Shown: positions 7,297 through 16,997, counted from the stretch's first letter. The stretch is DNA of 35,652 nucleotides from an uncultured archaeon (GCA_964549075.1 CAZJUB010000024.1:1-35652); one strand, 5' to 3'. Notes: generated by a model not told the origin, from the letters alone. Numbers and translations are program-made.

Positions 7297-9336
7297 ATGG
7301 ATTTAGCGTATGTTTCGATTATTGTAGGCGCGTTTGCAATTCTGATTGTTTGTCTTTTGATTTACTTAGTTTTGAGGGTTGATGAAGGAACAGTAAGAAT
7401 GAAAGAAGTTGCAGGATTCATTCGCGTTGGAGCAAATGCTTTCATGCGAAGAGAATTTATGACTATTAGTATCTTTATTGTAGGAATAGGGATACTTTTA
7501 GGTTTTATTTTACCAGATTGGCAAGTTTCGATATGTTTTGTAATTGGAGCTATAATCTCTCTAGTTGCTGCATTTATAGGAATGAGTCTTGCAGTTAGAG
7601 CAAATGTTAGAACTACAAATACCGCAAGAAAAAGTGGGATAAAGGCTGTAGTAGTTGCTTTTAGAGGAGGTGCAGTAACAGGTATTTCGATTGTTGGTTT
7701 AAGTTTGATTGGAGTGGGATCACTCTTTTTAATTTTTGGTGATAATCCTACATATTTAGTAGGATTTGGAGTAGGTGCTAGTTTATCAGCACTATTTGCT
7801 CAGTTAGGAGGAGGGATATATACTAAAGCTGCAGATGTCGGTGCAGATATAGTAGGAAAAGTAGAACACCAACTACCTGAAGATGATGCAAGAAATCCAG
7901 CTTCAATAGCTGATTTGGTGGGAGATAATGTCGGAGATTGTGCTGGTCGAGGAGCAGATCTATTTGAATCTTTCTCTGACAATATAATTGGAGCAATGGT
8001 TCTAGGAGCAGCACCTATATTTTTTGGTATTTATGGTGAAAATGCAATAGTTTTTCCTCTTTTAGTTGAATCAGTTGGTATAATTGGTTCAATTATTGGT
8101 GTATTTTCTATCAGAGCATCAAAAACTAAACCAGAATTAAAAATTTATTATGCTTTTGCTTTATCTGCCTTAGTCTCAATTGCTGGTACTTTCCCAATCT
8201 GTTACTTTCTTATGGATGACTTGAGATTATTCTATTGTATACTTTTAGGGATTGGATTAACTCTAGTTGTAGCAATAATTGTATTGTATTATACTAAAAC
8301 AGGTGGAAGAGTTACTAGAAAAATAGCTGAAGGATCAAAATCTGGTTCTGCAATAAATTTGATTATAGGATTAGGATATGGTTTAGAAAGCCCAGCTATA
8401 CCAATAGTAACATTAGGATTAGTATCGGTTGCAGCTTACTTTATTGCAGGTGGAGATCTCGCAGGAGTGTATGGAATATCAGCAGCAGTGATGGGTGTCC
8501 TCATCTCTGCAGGAATTATAATGGCTTCTGACGCGTTTGGACCTATTGCAGACAATTCTGAGGGCATAGGAACAATGTCAGATATGAACGATGAAGTTGG
8601 TACAGCATTAGAAGAACTAGATGGAGTTGGAAATGTAACAAAAGCAGTTACCAAAGGATATGCAATGGCAACTGCGATTTTAACAGCAGTTTTGATTTTA
8701 TTTGCTTATTTGACACAAGCAGCAGAACAAACTGGTCATCCACTTAATCATGTTAACGATTTTCCAATAAATATGGCAAATCCAATAGCTATAACAGCTA
8801 TGTTTATTGGAGCGGTGGTACCTTTCCTTTTCTCAGCTCTAGCTATGAAAGCAGTGGGTAAGACAGCTTTTCAGATGTCAGATGAGGTAAGAAGACAATT
8901 CAAAGAAAATCCTAAGATACTGACAGGAGAAGCAAAAGCAGATTATAAAAAATGTGTAGATATCAGTACTAAAAATTCGCTCAAAGCAATGATCTTACCA
9001 ACCATACTAGGAGTGGCAGCACCAATTATAATGGGATTTGTGGTAGGAATCTGGAATTTGGCTGTCTATCTATTAGCAGTGAAAGTAGTAGCAGGAATTC
9101 TTGCGATGTTCATGTATAATGCTGGTGGAGCATTTGATAATGCAAAGAAATACATAGAATTAGGTCACTTTGGTGGTAAAAATTCAGAAGCACATGCAGC
9201 TGCAGTCATTGGTGATACTGTTGGAGATCCGTTGAAAGACACTGCAGGACCTGCGTTACACATTCTTGTTAAACTGCAAAATATTCTTGCAATAATGCTT
9301 TTACCTCTCTTTATTGCATTTGCAGTAATGACCTAA
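7297..9336 (+). CDS. hppA: Membrane-bound proton-translocating pyrophosphatase, K+-independent type
   Basis: GGIYTKAADVGADIVGKVE, PEDDARNP, DLVGDNVGD, FGPIADN, GNVTKAVTKG (GNxxK marks K+-independence), GAFDNAKK, GDTVGDPLKDTAGP; many TM helices. Confidence 0.97.
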   Translation: MDLAYVSIIVGAFAILIVCLLIYLVLRVDEGTVRMKEVAGFIRVGANAFMRREFMTISIFIVGIGILLGFILPDWQVSICFVIGAIISLVAAFIGMSLAVRANVRTTNTARKSGIKAVVVAFRGGAVTGISIVGLSLIGVGSLFLIFGDNPTYLVGFGVGASLSALFAQLGGGIYTKAADVGADIVGKVEHQLPEDDARNPASIADLVGDNVGDCAGRGADLFESFSDNIIGAMVLGAAPIFFGIYGENAIVFPLLVESVGIIGSIIGVFSIRASKTKPELKIYYAFALSALVSIAGTFPICYFLMDDLRLFYCILLGIGLTLVVAIIVLYYTKTGGRVTRKIAEGSKSGSAINLIIGLGYGLESPAIPIVTLGLVSVAAYFIAGGDLAGVYGISAAVMGVLISAGIIMASDAFGPIADNSEGIGTMSDMNDEVGTALEELDGVGNVTKAVTKGYAMATAILTAVLILFAYLTQAAEQTGHPLNHVNDFPINMANPIAITAMFIGAVVPFLFSALAMKAVGKTAFQMSDEVRRQFKENPKILTGEAKADYKKCVDISTKNSLKAMILPTILGVAAPIIMGFVVGIWNLAVYLLAVKVVAGILAMFMYNAGGAFDNAKKYIELGHFGGKNSEAHAAAVIGDTVGDPLKDTAGPALHILVKLQNILAIMLLPLFIAFAVMT

Positions 9337-9352
9337 ACGTTTAATCCTAAAC

Positions 9353-9369
9353 TTTTTTTCTTTTTTTTC
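9353..9369 (+). terminator. Oligo-T terminator after hppA
   Basis: T-tract (TTTTTTTCTTTTTTTTC) ~16 nt after the stop. Confidence 0.6.
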
Positions 9370-9438
9370 TCACATTTTCAGTAAATCGCTCTTTTTTGGT
9401 TGGTAATGTTTTTTATGATGCTATGTTTTTCAATAAAT

Positions 9439-10176
9439 ATGAGAAAAGGAATTTCTGTGGATTTGGAGAAACTAACTTGGTTAGAAGCAGAAGCAGCATT
9501 TGAAAATTATGATGTCGTTCTGATAGCTTTAGGAGCCAGGACAAAAGAACATGGTCCACATCTACCTCTGAATAACGATTTTCTTATTGCAGAATTTCTG
9601 AAGAAAGAAGTTATAAAAAAAGTTCCAGTAATAGTTCTCCCAACTCTTCAATATGGATATTATCCCTCCTTTCTAGAATATCCTGGTTCAATATCAATAA
9701 ATGAAGAAACTTTCAAACAAATGATTGTAGATATTTGTCTTTCTATGAATAATTACAATCTGAGAAAGTTCTATATACTCAATACAGGCATTTCAACACT
9801 TAAACCTCTAAAAAAAGCAGCTGAACAGCTTGAACAAAAAGGAATAATACTTCAATATTTGAATCTCTTAGACATAGAAAGTAAGCTAGATCCTAAATTA
9901 CTTCAACAAGAGGGAGGAACACACGCTGACGAAACTGAAACATCAATCATGCTTTACATGTATCCAGAAATTGTAGATATGATTAAAGCGGAAAAAGACT
10001 ATGATTCGAGACCAAATAGAAAAGGCTTAACGCGTAATCCAGATGGTGAGGGAGTATATAGTCCAACGGGGATTTGGGGGGATCCAACACTCGCAACAAA
10101 AGAAAAAGGTAGAATATTAACAACTGAAATAATTAAAACAATAATACAAGAATTACGAGAGCTACTTGAATTATAA
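9439..10176 (+). CDS. Creatininase/amidohydrolase family protein
   Basis: KEHGPHLPLNND, YPGSISI, GGTHADETETS, SPTGIWGDPTLATKEKG. Start is ATG 9439 or GTG 9457 (AAAGGA upstream); the ORF-track TTG at 9400 is unlikely. Confidence 0.9.
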   Translation: MRKGISVDLEKLTWLEAEAAFENYDVVLIALGARTKEHGPHLPLNNDFLIAEFLKKEVIKKVPVIVLPTLQYGYYPSFLEYPGSISINEETFKQMIVDICLSMNNYNLRKFYILNTGISTLKPLKKAAEQLEQKGIILQYLNLLDIESKLDPKLLQQEGGTHADETETSIMLYMYPEIVDMIKAEKDYDSRPNRKGLTRNPDGEGVYSPTGIWGDPTLATKEKGRILTTEIIKTIIQELRELLEL

Positions 10177-10250
10177 TCTTGGTTTCACTAGGATATTTGC
10201 AGAAGAAATAGCACAAGTTATTAATAGACCATCTTAATCGTAGTTGATGA

Positions 10251-11051
10251 ATGCATCCAGCTCTTTACTATAGTCTAGCAGGTTTAATTGGTATATTAGC
10301 TGGTTTTGCAAGTGGTATGTTTGGTATTGGTGGAGGTTCTGTCAGGACACCTTTACTCAACGTGTTAGGTATGGACTTAATTTTTGCCTTTGGGATTAAT
10401 CTCTTTGTCATCCCCTTTTCCTCTTCAATGGGAGCTTTTTCCCATAGAAAAAATATTGAAAAGAAATACGCATTATATCTTATAATTGGAGGAGGGATAG
10501 GATCAGGTTTAGGTGTTTTTCTTGCTTATCTCTTTTCTTTGTCTGATTCTAAATTCACGCTAGCAATAATATATGTTGTAATTTCCTTTATCACTGTCAT
10601 TGGTATTTATCTTTACAAAATCGCTCCAAAAGTATCGGAAAAACTACAAGCTAAACCACATACTATAATTCCAGGAGCTTTCATATTGAATCTAATAACT
10701 GGGATGAGAGGGGGAAGCGGAGGATCATTATTCCCACCTTTTTTAAAATCGCTGAGAGTAGACGTTAAAAAAGCAATTGCGACTTCTTTACTCGCAACAA
10801 TTTTTACCTCTCTAATAGCTATTGGAATATTCTTTTGGAAGGGAAAAATACTCTGGATAGAAGGCTTGATTGTAATGATTGGTTCAGTCATAGGTGCAAA
10901 ATTAGGTAGTTTAGTATCAATGAAGACTAAATCTAAGTGGCTAGAATTGGGATTAGCTATAATTACAGTGCTTTTATCATGTATTACATTATTAAAAGCA
11001 GCACTTACTGTTAATCAGGTATCATTAATCGACTATCTATTCTGGTATTGA
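10251..11051 (+). CDS. TSUP (TauE/SafE) family transporter
   Basis: Two internal repeats with GMFGIGGG and GMRGGSGG...P, KKAIATSL, about 8 TM helices. Confidence 0.9.
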   Translation: MHPALYYSLAGLIGILAGFASGMFGIGGGSVRTPLLNVLGMDLIFAFGINLFVIPFSSSMGAFSHRKNIEKKYALYLIIGGGIGSGLGVFLAYLFSLSDSKFTLAIIYVVISFITVIGIYLYKIAPKVSEKLQAKPHTIIPGAFILNLITGMRGGSGGSLFPPFLKSLRVDVKKAIATSLLATIFTSLIAIGIFFWKGKILWIEGLIVMIGSVIGAKLGSLVSMKTKSKWLELGLAIITVLLSCITLLKAALTVNQVSLIDYLFWY

Positions 11052-11099
11052 TATTCTTTCATCAATAATATTTATTTAACAATAATCGATACTCAAGAT

Positions 11100-12431
11100 A
11101 TGGAAGAAGATTCCGAGTACTCTTTAGGATTAATTAATGGAAAAGTGTATCATTCTGGTCGTTTTGATGATTTAAATATTTATGTCAGAAATCAAGTTAT
11201 AGCTAAAATCTCTTTCAATGAAGAAAAATTTCATTGTAAAAAAGAAATTGATTGTTCTGGTAAACTCGTTCTACCAGGTTTCATTGATCCTCACGTTCAT
11301 ATCAATTTAAATTTAGGTGAGTTCAAGACTTGTGACAATTATGAAAGTGCTTCTACAGCAGCTGCTTTTGGAGGAGTTACGACATTTATTGACTTTCTTG
11401 AACCTATCTTTTATGTTAGTGAATTTGAGGAAAAACTTAAACAGAAACAAGAAGAAGCAAAAAAATCATACATCGATTATAGTTTTCATACTACTATTGG
11501 TAACTTCAAAGAAGACGCTAGAAAGTTAATTGAAAAATCTATAAGTGTAGGTATTCCTTCAATCAAATTATTTACTACGTATTCCGAATCAAATAGACGA
11601 TGTCCTTATCCTAAGATTAGAGAATTCATCGCTAATTCAGCACTTATAGATACTCTAATACTTATTCATGCAGAAAACGATGAAATTATACAAAATGCTC
11701 AAGTTGAGGACACTTTATTTGATTATGAGAATTCTAGACCTGCAACAGCTGAAATAACAGAGATACATGCTTTAGCTCAGATTACTTCTGAAGTTAAAGG
11801 AAAGGTATACATTGTTCATGTCAATTGTGGTTCTTCACTTGAACTCCTCAAAGACAAATATCTAGATTTATTAGGAAACAATTTGTTTATTGAGAGTTGC
11901 CCTCAATATTTCAATCTTACCAAAGATGTCTTTGAAAGTGAAAATGGGAACCTCTATTTATTAGCACCACCACTTCGTTCAAAAGAAGAACAGAACAAAC
12001 TAAAAGATAATATTTATATTATCAACACAATAGGAACTGACCATGCACCTTTTATGAAAGAGGAAAAATTCAGATATGATCAACCGAGTAAAATACCAAA
12101 AGGTTTGGGCAGTTTGGAATACAGTTTTTCTTTAATGTACAACCTCTTTGGAGATGAGATTATTCCTAAATTTACTGTCAATCCTGCTATCATCCATTAT
12201 CTTTTTCCGAAAAAAGGAATACTCAGAGAGGGATCTGATGCAGACATAGTTATTTTCGATCCTGAAAAAGAATTCACAATCAATTCTGGTCATTCTCAAT
12301 CAGATTATAGTCCTTATGAAGATATGAAAGTTAAAGGATTAGTGGAATCAACAATTCTAAGAGGAGAATTCATCGTTCAAAACAGAAAGTTAGTGGGATC
12401 AATGAATGGTCAATTCATTTGGCGAAAGTAA
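11100..12431 (+). CDS. Dihydropyrimidinase/hydantoinase-family cyclic amidohydrolase
   Basis: PGFIDPHVH, AAAFGGVTT, SIKLFTTY (carboxylated Lys), HAEN, YIVHV, ESCPQY, APPLR, GTDHAPF, GSDADIVIFDP. Confidence 0.92.
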   Translation: MEEDSEYSLGLINGKVYHSGRFDDLNIYVRNQVIAKISFNEEKFHCKKEIDCSGKLVLPGFIDPHVHINLNLGEFKTCDNYESASTAAAFGGVTTFIDFLEPIFYVSEFEEKLKQKQEEAKKSYIDYSFHTTIGNFKEDARKLIEKSISVGIPSIKLFTTYSESNRRCPYPKIREFIANSALIDTLILIHAENDEIIQNAQVEDTLFDYENSRPATAEITEIHALAQITSEVKGKVYIVHVNCGSSLELLKDKYLDLLGNNLFIESCPQYFNLTKDVFESENGNLYLLAPPLRSKEEQNKLKDNIYIINTIGTDHAPFMKEEKFRYDQPSKIPKGLGSLEYSFSLMYNLFGDEIIPKFTVNPAIIHYLFPKKGILREGSDADIVIFDPEKEFTINSGHSQSDYSPYEDMKVKGLVESTILRGEFIVQNRKLVGSMNGQFIWRK

Positions 12432-12485
12432 AAAGGAACAAAGTGCACAAAATTTTATTAATAATAAATATTAAAGTAATTTATT

Positions 12486-13535
12486 ATGATTCTAAATAGA
12501 GATTTCTTACGCTTCTTTGATTCAGATGAATATGAAAAAAAAGTTCCAGAATCAGATGAGGAAAAAAAGATTGCTCCACCTCTCTTCCAACAACCTTATC
12601 CTGAGGATGCTCAGCTCATTGATCTTATTACACCAGAGAATTTTACTATAGGAAATACTCCATTTCTTGAGCTAGTCAATAGTAGAAAAAGTAGAAGAAA
12701 ATTTACAGACGAATTTTTATCGTTGGAAGAATTATCTTTTTTACTTTGGAGTACACAAGGAGTAAAAAGAATTTTAAAATCTGGTTTGGGTGTTTTTAGA
12801 ACCGTTCCTTCTTCAGGAGCAAAAAGCCCTTTTGAAACCTATTTAGTAATAAATAGAGTAGAAGGATTAGAACCTGGCTTGTATCGCTACATATCTTTCA
12901 CTCACCAATTACTATTTATTAAGCAAATTAAGGAAGCTGAAAAAATAACCAGTGAATTAGCTTATAATCAAAAATTTGTTGGAAAAGCTGCAGTAATTTT
13001 CTATTGGACAGCTGTTCCTTATAGAACAGAATGGCGTTACACTATTCTTTCACACAAATTCATAGCTATTGATTTAGGTATCGTTTGTCAAAATCTCTAT
13101 ATGGCTTGTGAAGCAATTAATTTAGGTACCGTTGCTGTTGGATACTATGAACAAAACAAATTGGATAAATTATTAGAATTAGATATAGAAGAGGAATTTG
13201 TTGTTCTCCATGCTCCTGTTGGAAAATATGTTAAACAGAAAAAACTCACAGAATTTTTCAAATATCCAAAAAAAGAAGTTACTTTGGAAGATCTAAAAAA
13301 ACTAACTGGAAAATACAAAAGAAAAAATGTAATTGAATTTGAAATAAAAGATGAGAACCTTGTGATAATAATTGGAGATTATGAAGAAATACTTACTGCT
13401 TATAATCAAACGGAATTCACTGGAGAGTTTAGTGCAAGAGCATACAGATTTGAAATATCTAAAGAAGGAAAACCAGAAAAGCTCATAATTTTATCACTTG
13501 ATGATGAAATCAAGGAATTTGAATATTTAGAATAA
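12486..13535 (+). CDS. SagB/ThcOx-family nitroreductase with extra C-terminal domain
   Basis: RKSRRKF, LSFLLWSTQG, RTVPSSGAKSPFETY, EGLEPGLYRY, RTEWRY, DLGIVCQNLY; followed by a ~95-aa extension. Confidence 0.9.
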   Translation: MILNRDFLRFFDSDEYEKKVPESDEEKKIAPPLFQQPYPEDAQLIDLITPENFTIGNTPFLELVNSRKSRRKFTDEFLSLEELSFLLWSTQGVKRILKSGLGVFRTVPSSGAKSPFETYLVINRVEGLEPGLYRYISFTHQLLFIKQIKEAEKITSELAYNQKFVGKAAVIFYWTAVPYRTEWRYTILSHKFIAIDLGIVCQNLYMACEAINLGTVAVGYYEQNKLDKLLELDIEEEFVVLHAPVGKYVKQKKLTEFFKYPKKEVTLEDLKKLTGKYKRKNVIEFEIKDENLVIIIGDYEEILTAYNQTEFTGEFSARAYRFEISKEGKPEKLIILSLDDEIKEFEYLE

Positions 13536-13721
13536 GTAGATTAAGAAGGAAGGATCAACCTTGTCTTCTCCTTAAAAGGACTAAAATTATTGAGAGAAGA
13601 GCATCAGATTTTCAAACTAGTTTTATTATGCACATAGCATTTTTTCTATTAAATGAGTAGTTTTTTATTCAACCGTTTGTAGATGTTATCTATCTAAAGA
13701 ATTGAATTAGGAAGTTAGATT

Positions 13722-15050
13722 TTGACTGAAACAGATGGATCTAATGAACATCCAGTTGCATTAACTCAGGAAGAGAAAAATAAAATCCGATCTTACCGTA
13801 TGGACAATGCAGCTGTTCTTTTTAGTTTTGTCTGTAACAAAAGAATAACCTGTTTATTCCGTCTTAGTGCAACACTAAAAGATCCTGTTAACGTCACTAT
13901 TCTTCAGAAAGCACTTGATAGAATTATTGAGCGTTTTCCGTATTATCGAGTTAATCAAAGACCAGGTTTTTTTTGGTTTTATTGGGAAACAAATTTGGGG
14001 AAACCAAAAATTATTGCAGATTCCAAGTATCCCAGCCAAATGATGCCAATTAGGAAGAAAGGTATTTTTCCCTTCAGAGTAAGGGCATTTCAGAATCGTA
14101 TTGCTTTGGAGGTTTATCATGGAGTTACTGATGGTACGGGAGGGTTAACATTTCTAAAAGCACTAGTAGCTGAATACCTTACTCTTAAAGGAGTAAAAAC
14201 TGATGATTGGGTTGATATTTTCAGATATGATGAACCTCCTGATGATGAAGAATACGAAGATGCATTCAAAAAGTACTATCAGCCATTTTATCCGAAACAG
14301 AAACTCTTAGAAGTAGCGTTTCAAATGCCGTTTAAACTAGAGAAAAAAGGAATCTACCACATTACGACTGGGATCATTCCAATTGAGGAGATCTTATCTA
14401 AATCCAAGGAATTAAATGTAACTCTTACAGAATATCTCTGCGCTATTTATATTGATTCTCTCCAAGAGATATTCTACGAGTTGCCAGAGAAAAAACAGGA
14501 GAAATTAAAAAAACCTATTCGTTTAATGGTTCCTGTCAATCTTAGAAGATTTTTCCCTTCAAAAACAATGAGAAATTTTAGTCTTTTTGTGACTCCAGGT
14601 ATAGATCCACGATTAGGTTATTATTCGTTTGAGGATATTTTGAAGACTGTCTATCATTACATGCGAGTTGAGGTAAATGATCGCTACATTAGTCAGCAAA
14701 TAAGACGAAATGTAAGAGGAGAAATCCACCCATTAATGAGATTAACTCCATTGTGTATAAAAACTTCAGGAGGAAGATTTATCTATTCTCGAATGGGTGA
14801 AAAACTTTATTCTGGAACTATCACTAATCTTGGAAGAGTAGTGATGCCAGAAGCTTTCTCTGATAGAATTAAGAGATTTCAATTCTTACCTGCGCCAAGT
14901 CCCGCAAATAAAAGTTCATGTGCAATTGTGAGCTTTAAAGATAATCTGTACATAAATTTTGGGAGAGTAATTAAAGATCCAATTGTGGAGAGAAAATTCT
15001 TTAGAAAACTTAAAAAACAAGGTGTTTCGGTAAAAATCGAGACCAATTAA
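13722..15050 (+). CDS. Alcohol acetyltransferase-like CoA-dependent acyltransferase (CAT/condensation fold)
   Basis: MDNAA, RPGFFWFY, HGVTDGTGG (HxxxDG), VPVNLRRFFPSKTMRNF, TNLG. The TTG start is uncertain. Confidence 0.85.
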   Translation: MTETDGSNEHPVALTQEEKNKIRSYRMDNAAVLFSFVCNKRITCLFRLSATLKDPVNVTILQKALDRIIERFPYYRVNQRPGFFWFYWETNLGKPKIIADSKYPSQMMPIRKKGIFPFRVRAFQNRIALEVYHGVTDGTGGLTFLKALVAEYLTLKGVKTDDWVDIFRYDEPPDDEEYEDAFKKYYQPFYPKQKLLEVAFQMPFKLEKKGIYHITTGIIPIEEILSKSKELNVTLTEYLCAIYIDSLQEIFYELPEKKQEKLKKPIRLMVPVNLRRFFPSKTMRNFSLFVTPGIDPRLGYYSFEDILKTVYHYMRVEVNDRYISQQIRRNVRGEIHPLMRLTPLCIKTSGGRFIYSRMGEKLYSGTITNLGRVVMPEAFSDRIKRFQFLPAPSPANKSSCAIVSFKDNLYINFGRVIKDPIVERKFFRKLKKQGVSVKIETN

Positions 15051-15061
15051 AAGTGAAAAAC

Positions 15062-15838
15062 ATGCCTTACTGTAGTAAATGTGGTGTAGAGGTGGGTGAA
15101 GAGGTTCAAAAGTGTCCTTTATGTAACCTGCCTATTCAGCATTTTCCTGAAGATAAAGCCGAAAAAATTGGGAAGAAAAAATATCCAGATCGAACAGATC
15201 AACAACTAAATGGCAAATCCTATCCTGATAAAGAAATTGAGAAACCAGGAAAAAGAAAATTAACAAGAAAAGATAAACGAATCAGAGTATGGGAAATAAT
15301 AGGAGTGTCTTTATTGATCCCATTTCTTATTGTAACTTTTACAAATTTAATTATAAACACAACTATTACTTGGGCTAAATTCCCGATGATTTCATTGATG
15401 TTAGTCTGGTTACTTTGCACATTTCCGTTAGTTTTTCCAAAAAGACCAGTAATTATGATTCTAGGTATTGCATTATCTCTATTAGGATTCTTAGTCCTTG
15501 TAGATTACTTTAGCGATGGAACAATAAACTGGTTCATTACATTGGCATTACCAATAATTCCTTTAGTACTAGTTTTATCTATAGGTGTAGTTATACCATC
15601 CATTTATGTTAAGAAAAAGGGAATGAATATTGCAGCTTTTATTCTCTTTGCTGTTGGTTTACTGAATCTCGGACTAGATCTCATAATAAGCTCTTCACAT
15701 AACCATATTACAGTCACATGGTCTTTGTTTGTTCTTGTTCCTACCTTCATAATTGGAGGATTCTTAATGTATATGCATTACAGATTCACTAAGGATACAG
15801 ATTTCAAAACAAAGATAAAAGCTAAATTCCAGATGTAA
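15062..15838 (+). CDS. Zinc-ribbon multi-pass membrane protein (DUF6320-like), partner of the acyltransferase
   Basis: MPYCSKCGVE...CPLC followed by about 6 TM helices; tightly linked to the upstream gene. Confidence 0.75.
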   Translation: MPYCSKCGVEVGEEVQKCPLCNLPIQHFPEDKAEKIGKKKYPDRTDQQLNGKSYPDKEIEKPGKRKLTRKDKRIRVWEIIGVSLLIPFLIVTFTNLIINTTITWAKFPMISLMLVWLLCTFPLVFPKRPVIMILGIALSLLGFLVLVDYFSDGTINWFITLALPIIPLVLVLSIGVVIPSIYVKKKGMNIAAFILFAVGLLNLGLDLIISSSHNHITVTWSLFVLVPTFIIGGFLMYMHYRFTKDTDFKTKIKAKFQM

Positions 15839-15843
15839 AAGTA

Positions 15844-16869
15844 TTAAGGAATTATTACTGTCCTAAAATCTGATTGATATTGTTTTAATTGATGATGGAT
15901 TTCGTTGATTGCTTCAGCTTCAAGAGGGACAGTCTTAGAAACTACTTTACTTAGATCTAATTTACCTAATTTAGCTAAATCCAACAAAAATGGTACCTCA
16001 GATAAAAGATGATCAGAAACACCTATTATCTCCTTTTCTCTACAAATAGCTTCATAAGAATTAATATCAAAGGTTTTAGCAGTTATTCCAACTAAACCTA
16101 AGCGTCCAAAACGTGCTAAGGATTTTACCCCTTGATCCATTGTCAAAGGGAGACCAATAAGCTCTAAAGCTACATCAACACCTTCTCCATCGGTAAATTC
16201 CATTATGGTTTCTACGGGATCAATTTCTTTAGCATTAATTGGTATAGCTCCAAATTCCTTAGCTATTTGAAGTTTCTTTGAATCTATGTCTATTGCATAA
16301 ATTTCTTTTCCACCAAATACTTTTACAAGCTGCAAAGCTGAAATTCCTAAACCTCCTAAACCAAAAATCGCTATGGTTTCCCCAGGTTTAAATCTTGTCT
16401 TCTTGAGAGCATGAAGAGAGGTTGAAGAAGAACACATCATTACAGCTGCATGTTCGTAAGAGACAGAATCTGGAACTTTGAAAACTCCTTTAGTGGGAAC
16501 TGCGATATATTCAGCATAACCACCATTTATATCCTTACCTATCATTTTTCCTTTGACACAAAATTGTTCTGTTCCCTGCACACAATATTCGCAGTTTCCG
16601 CATGTAATCATATAGTTAAGACAAACTCTATCACCAATAGCAAATTCTGTTACTTCAGAACCAAGTTCTATTACCTCACCTGCAACCTCATGTCCTAAAG
16701 CTATAGGAAGATACCCTACTGATGAGATGCCATCATGATAATGAACATCAGAGTGACAAATTCCCGAAGCTCTTATTCGAATAAGTACTTCATCAGATAT
16801 TGGTTTCGGTGTTGGGATATCTCTTTCTTCTAGATCTTTACTAACTTCGATTAGCTGAATAGCTTTCAT
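15844..16869 (-). CDS. Zinc-dependent alcohol dehydrogenase (MDR family)
   Basis: GICHSD, LGHEVAG, CGNCEYC...C structural Zn site, GLGGLG, acidic DID (NAD preference). Confidence 0.95.
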   Translation of the reverse strand: MKAIQLIEVSKDLEERDIPTPKPISDEVLIRIRASGICHSDVHYHDGISSVGYLPIALGHEVAGEVIELGSEVTEFAIGDRVCLNYMITCGNCEYCVQGTEQFCVKGKMIGKDINGGYAEYIAVPTKGVFKVPDSVSYEHAAVMMCSSSTSLHALKKTRFKPGETIAIFGLGGLGISALQLVKVFGGKEIYAIDIDSKKLQIAKEFGAIPINAKEIDPVETIMEFTDGEGVDVALELIGLPLTMDQGVKSLARFGRLGLVGITAKTFDINSYEAICREKEIIGVSDHLLSEVPFLLDLAKLGKLDLSKVVSKTVPLEAEAINEIHHQLKQYQSDFRTVIIP

Positions 16870-16997
16870 AGTTCCTAATTATTCTAGTTACTTTTAAAAT
16901 TCTCTTCCAAATTTCTGAAGATATATAAATCTAATAGGAAAATATCAATTTAACATAATCATCTTTAACTGACCAAATGTAGTAATCAGGACGATAA

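Noticed and set aside
12486-15050. RiPP/NRPS cluster (SagB oxidase plus condensation-like protein)
   Set aside because: No YcaO, precursor peptide, adenylation domain or carrier protein; both families commonly occur standalone.
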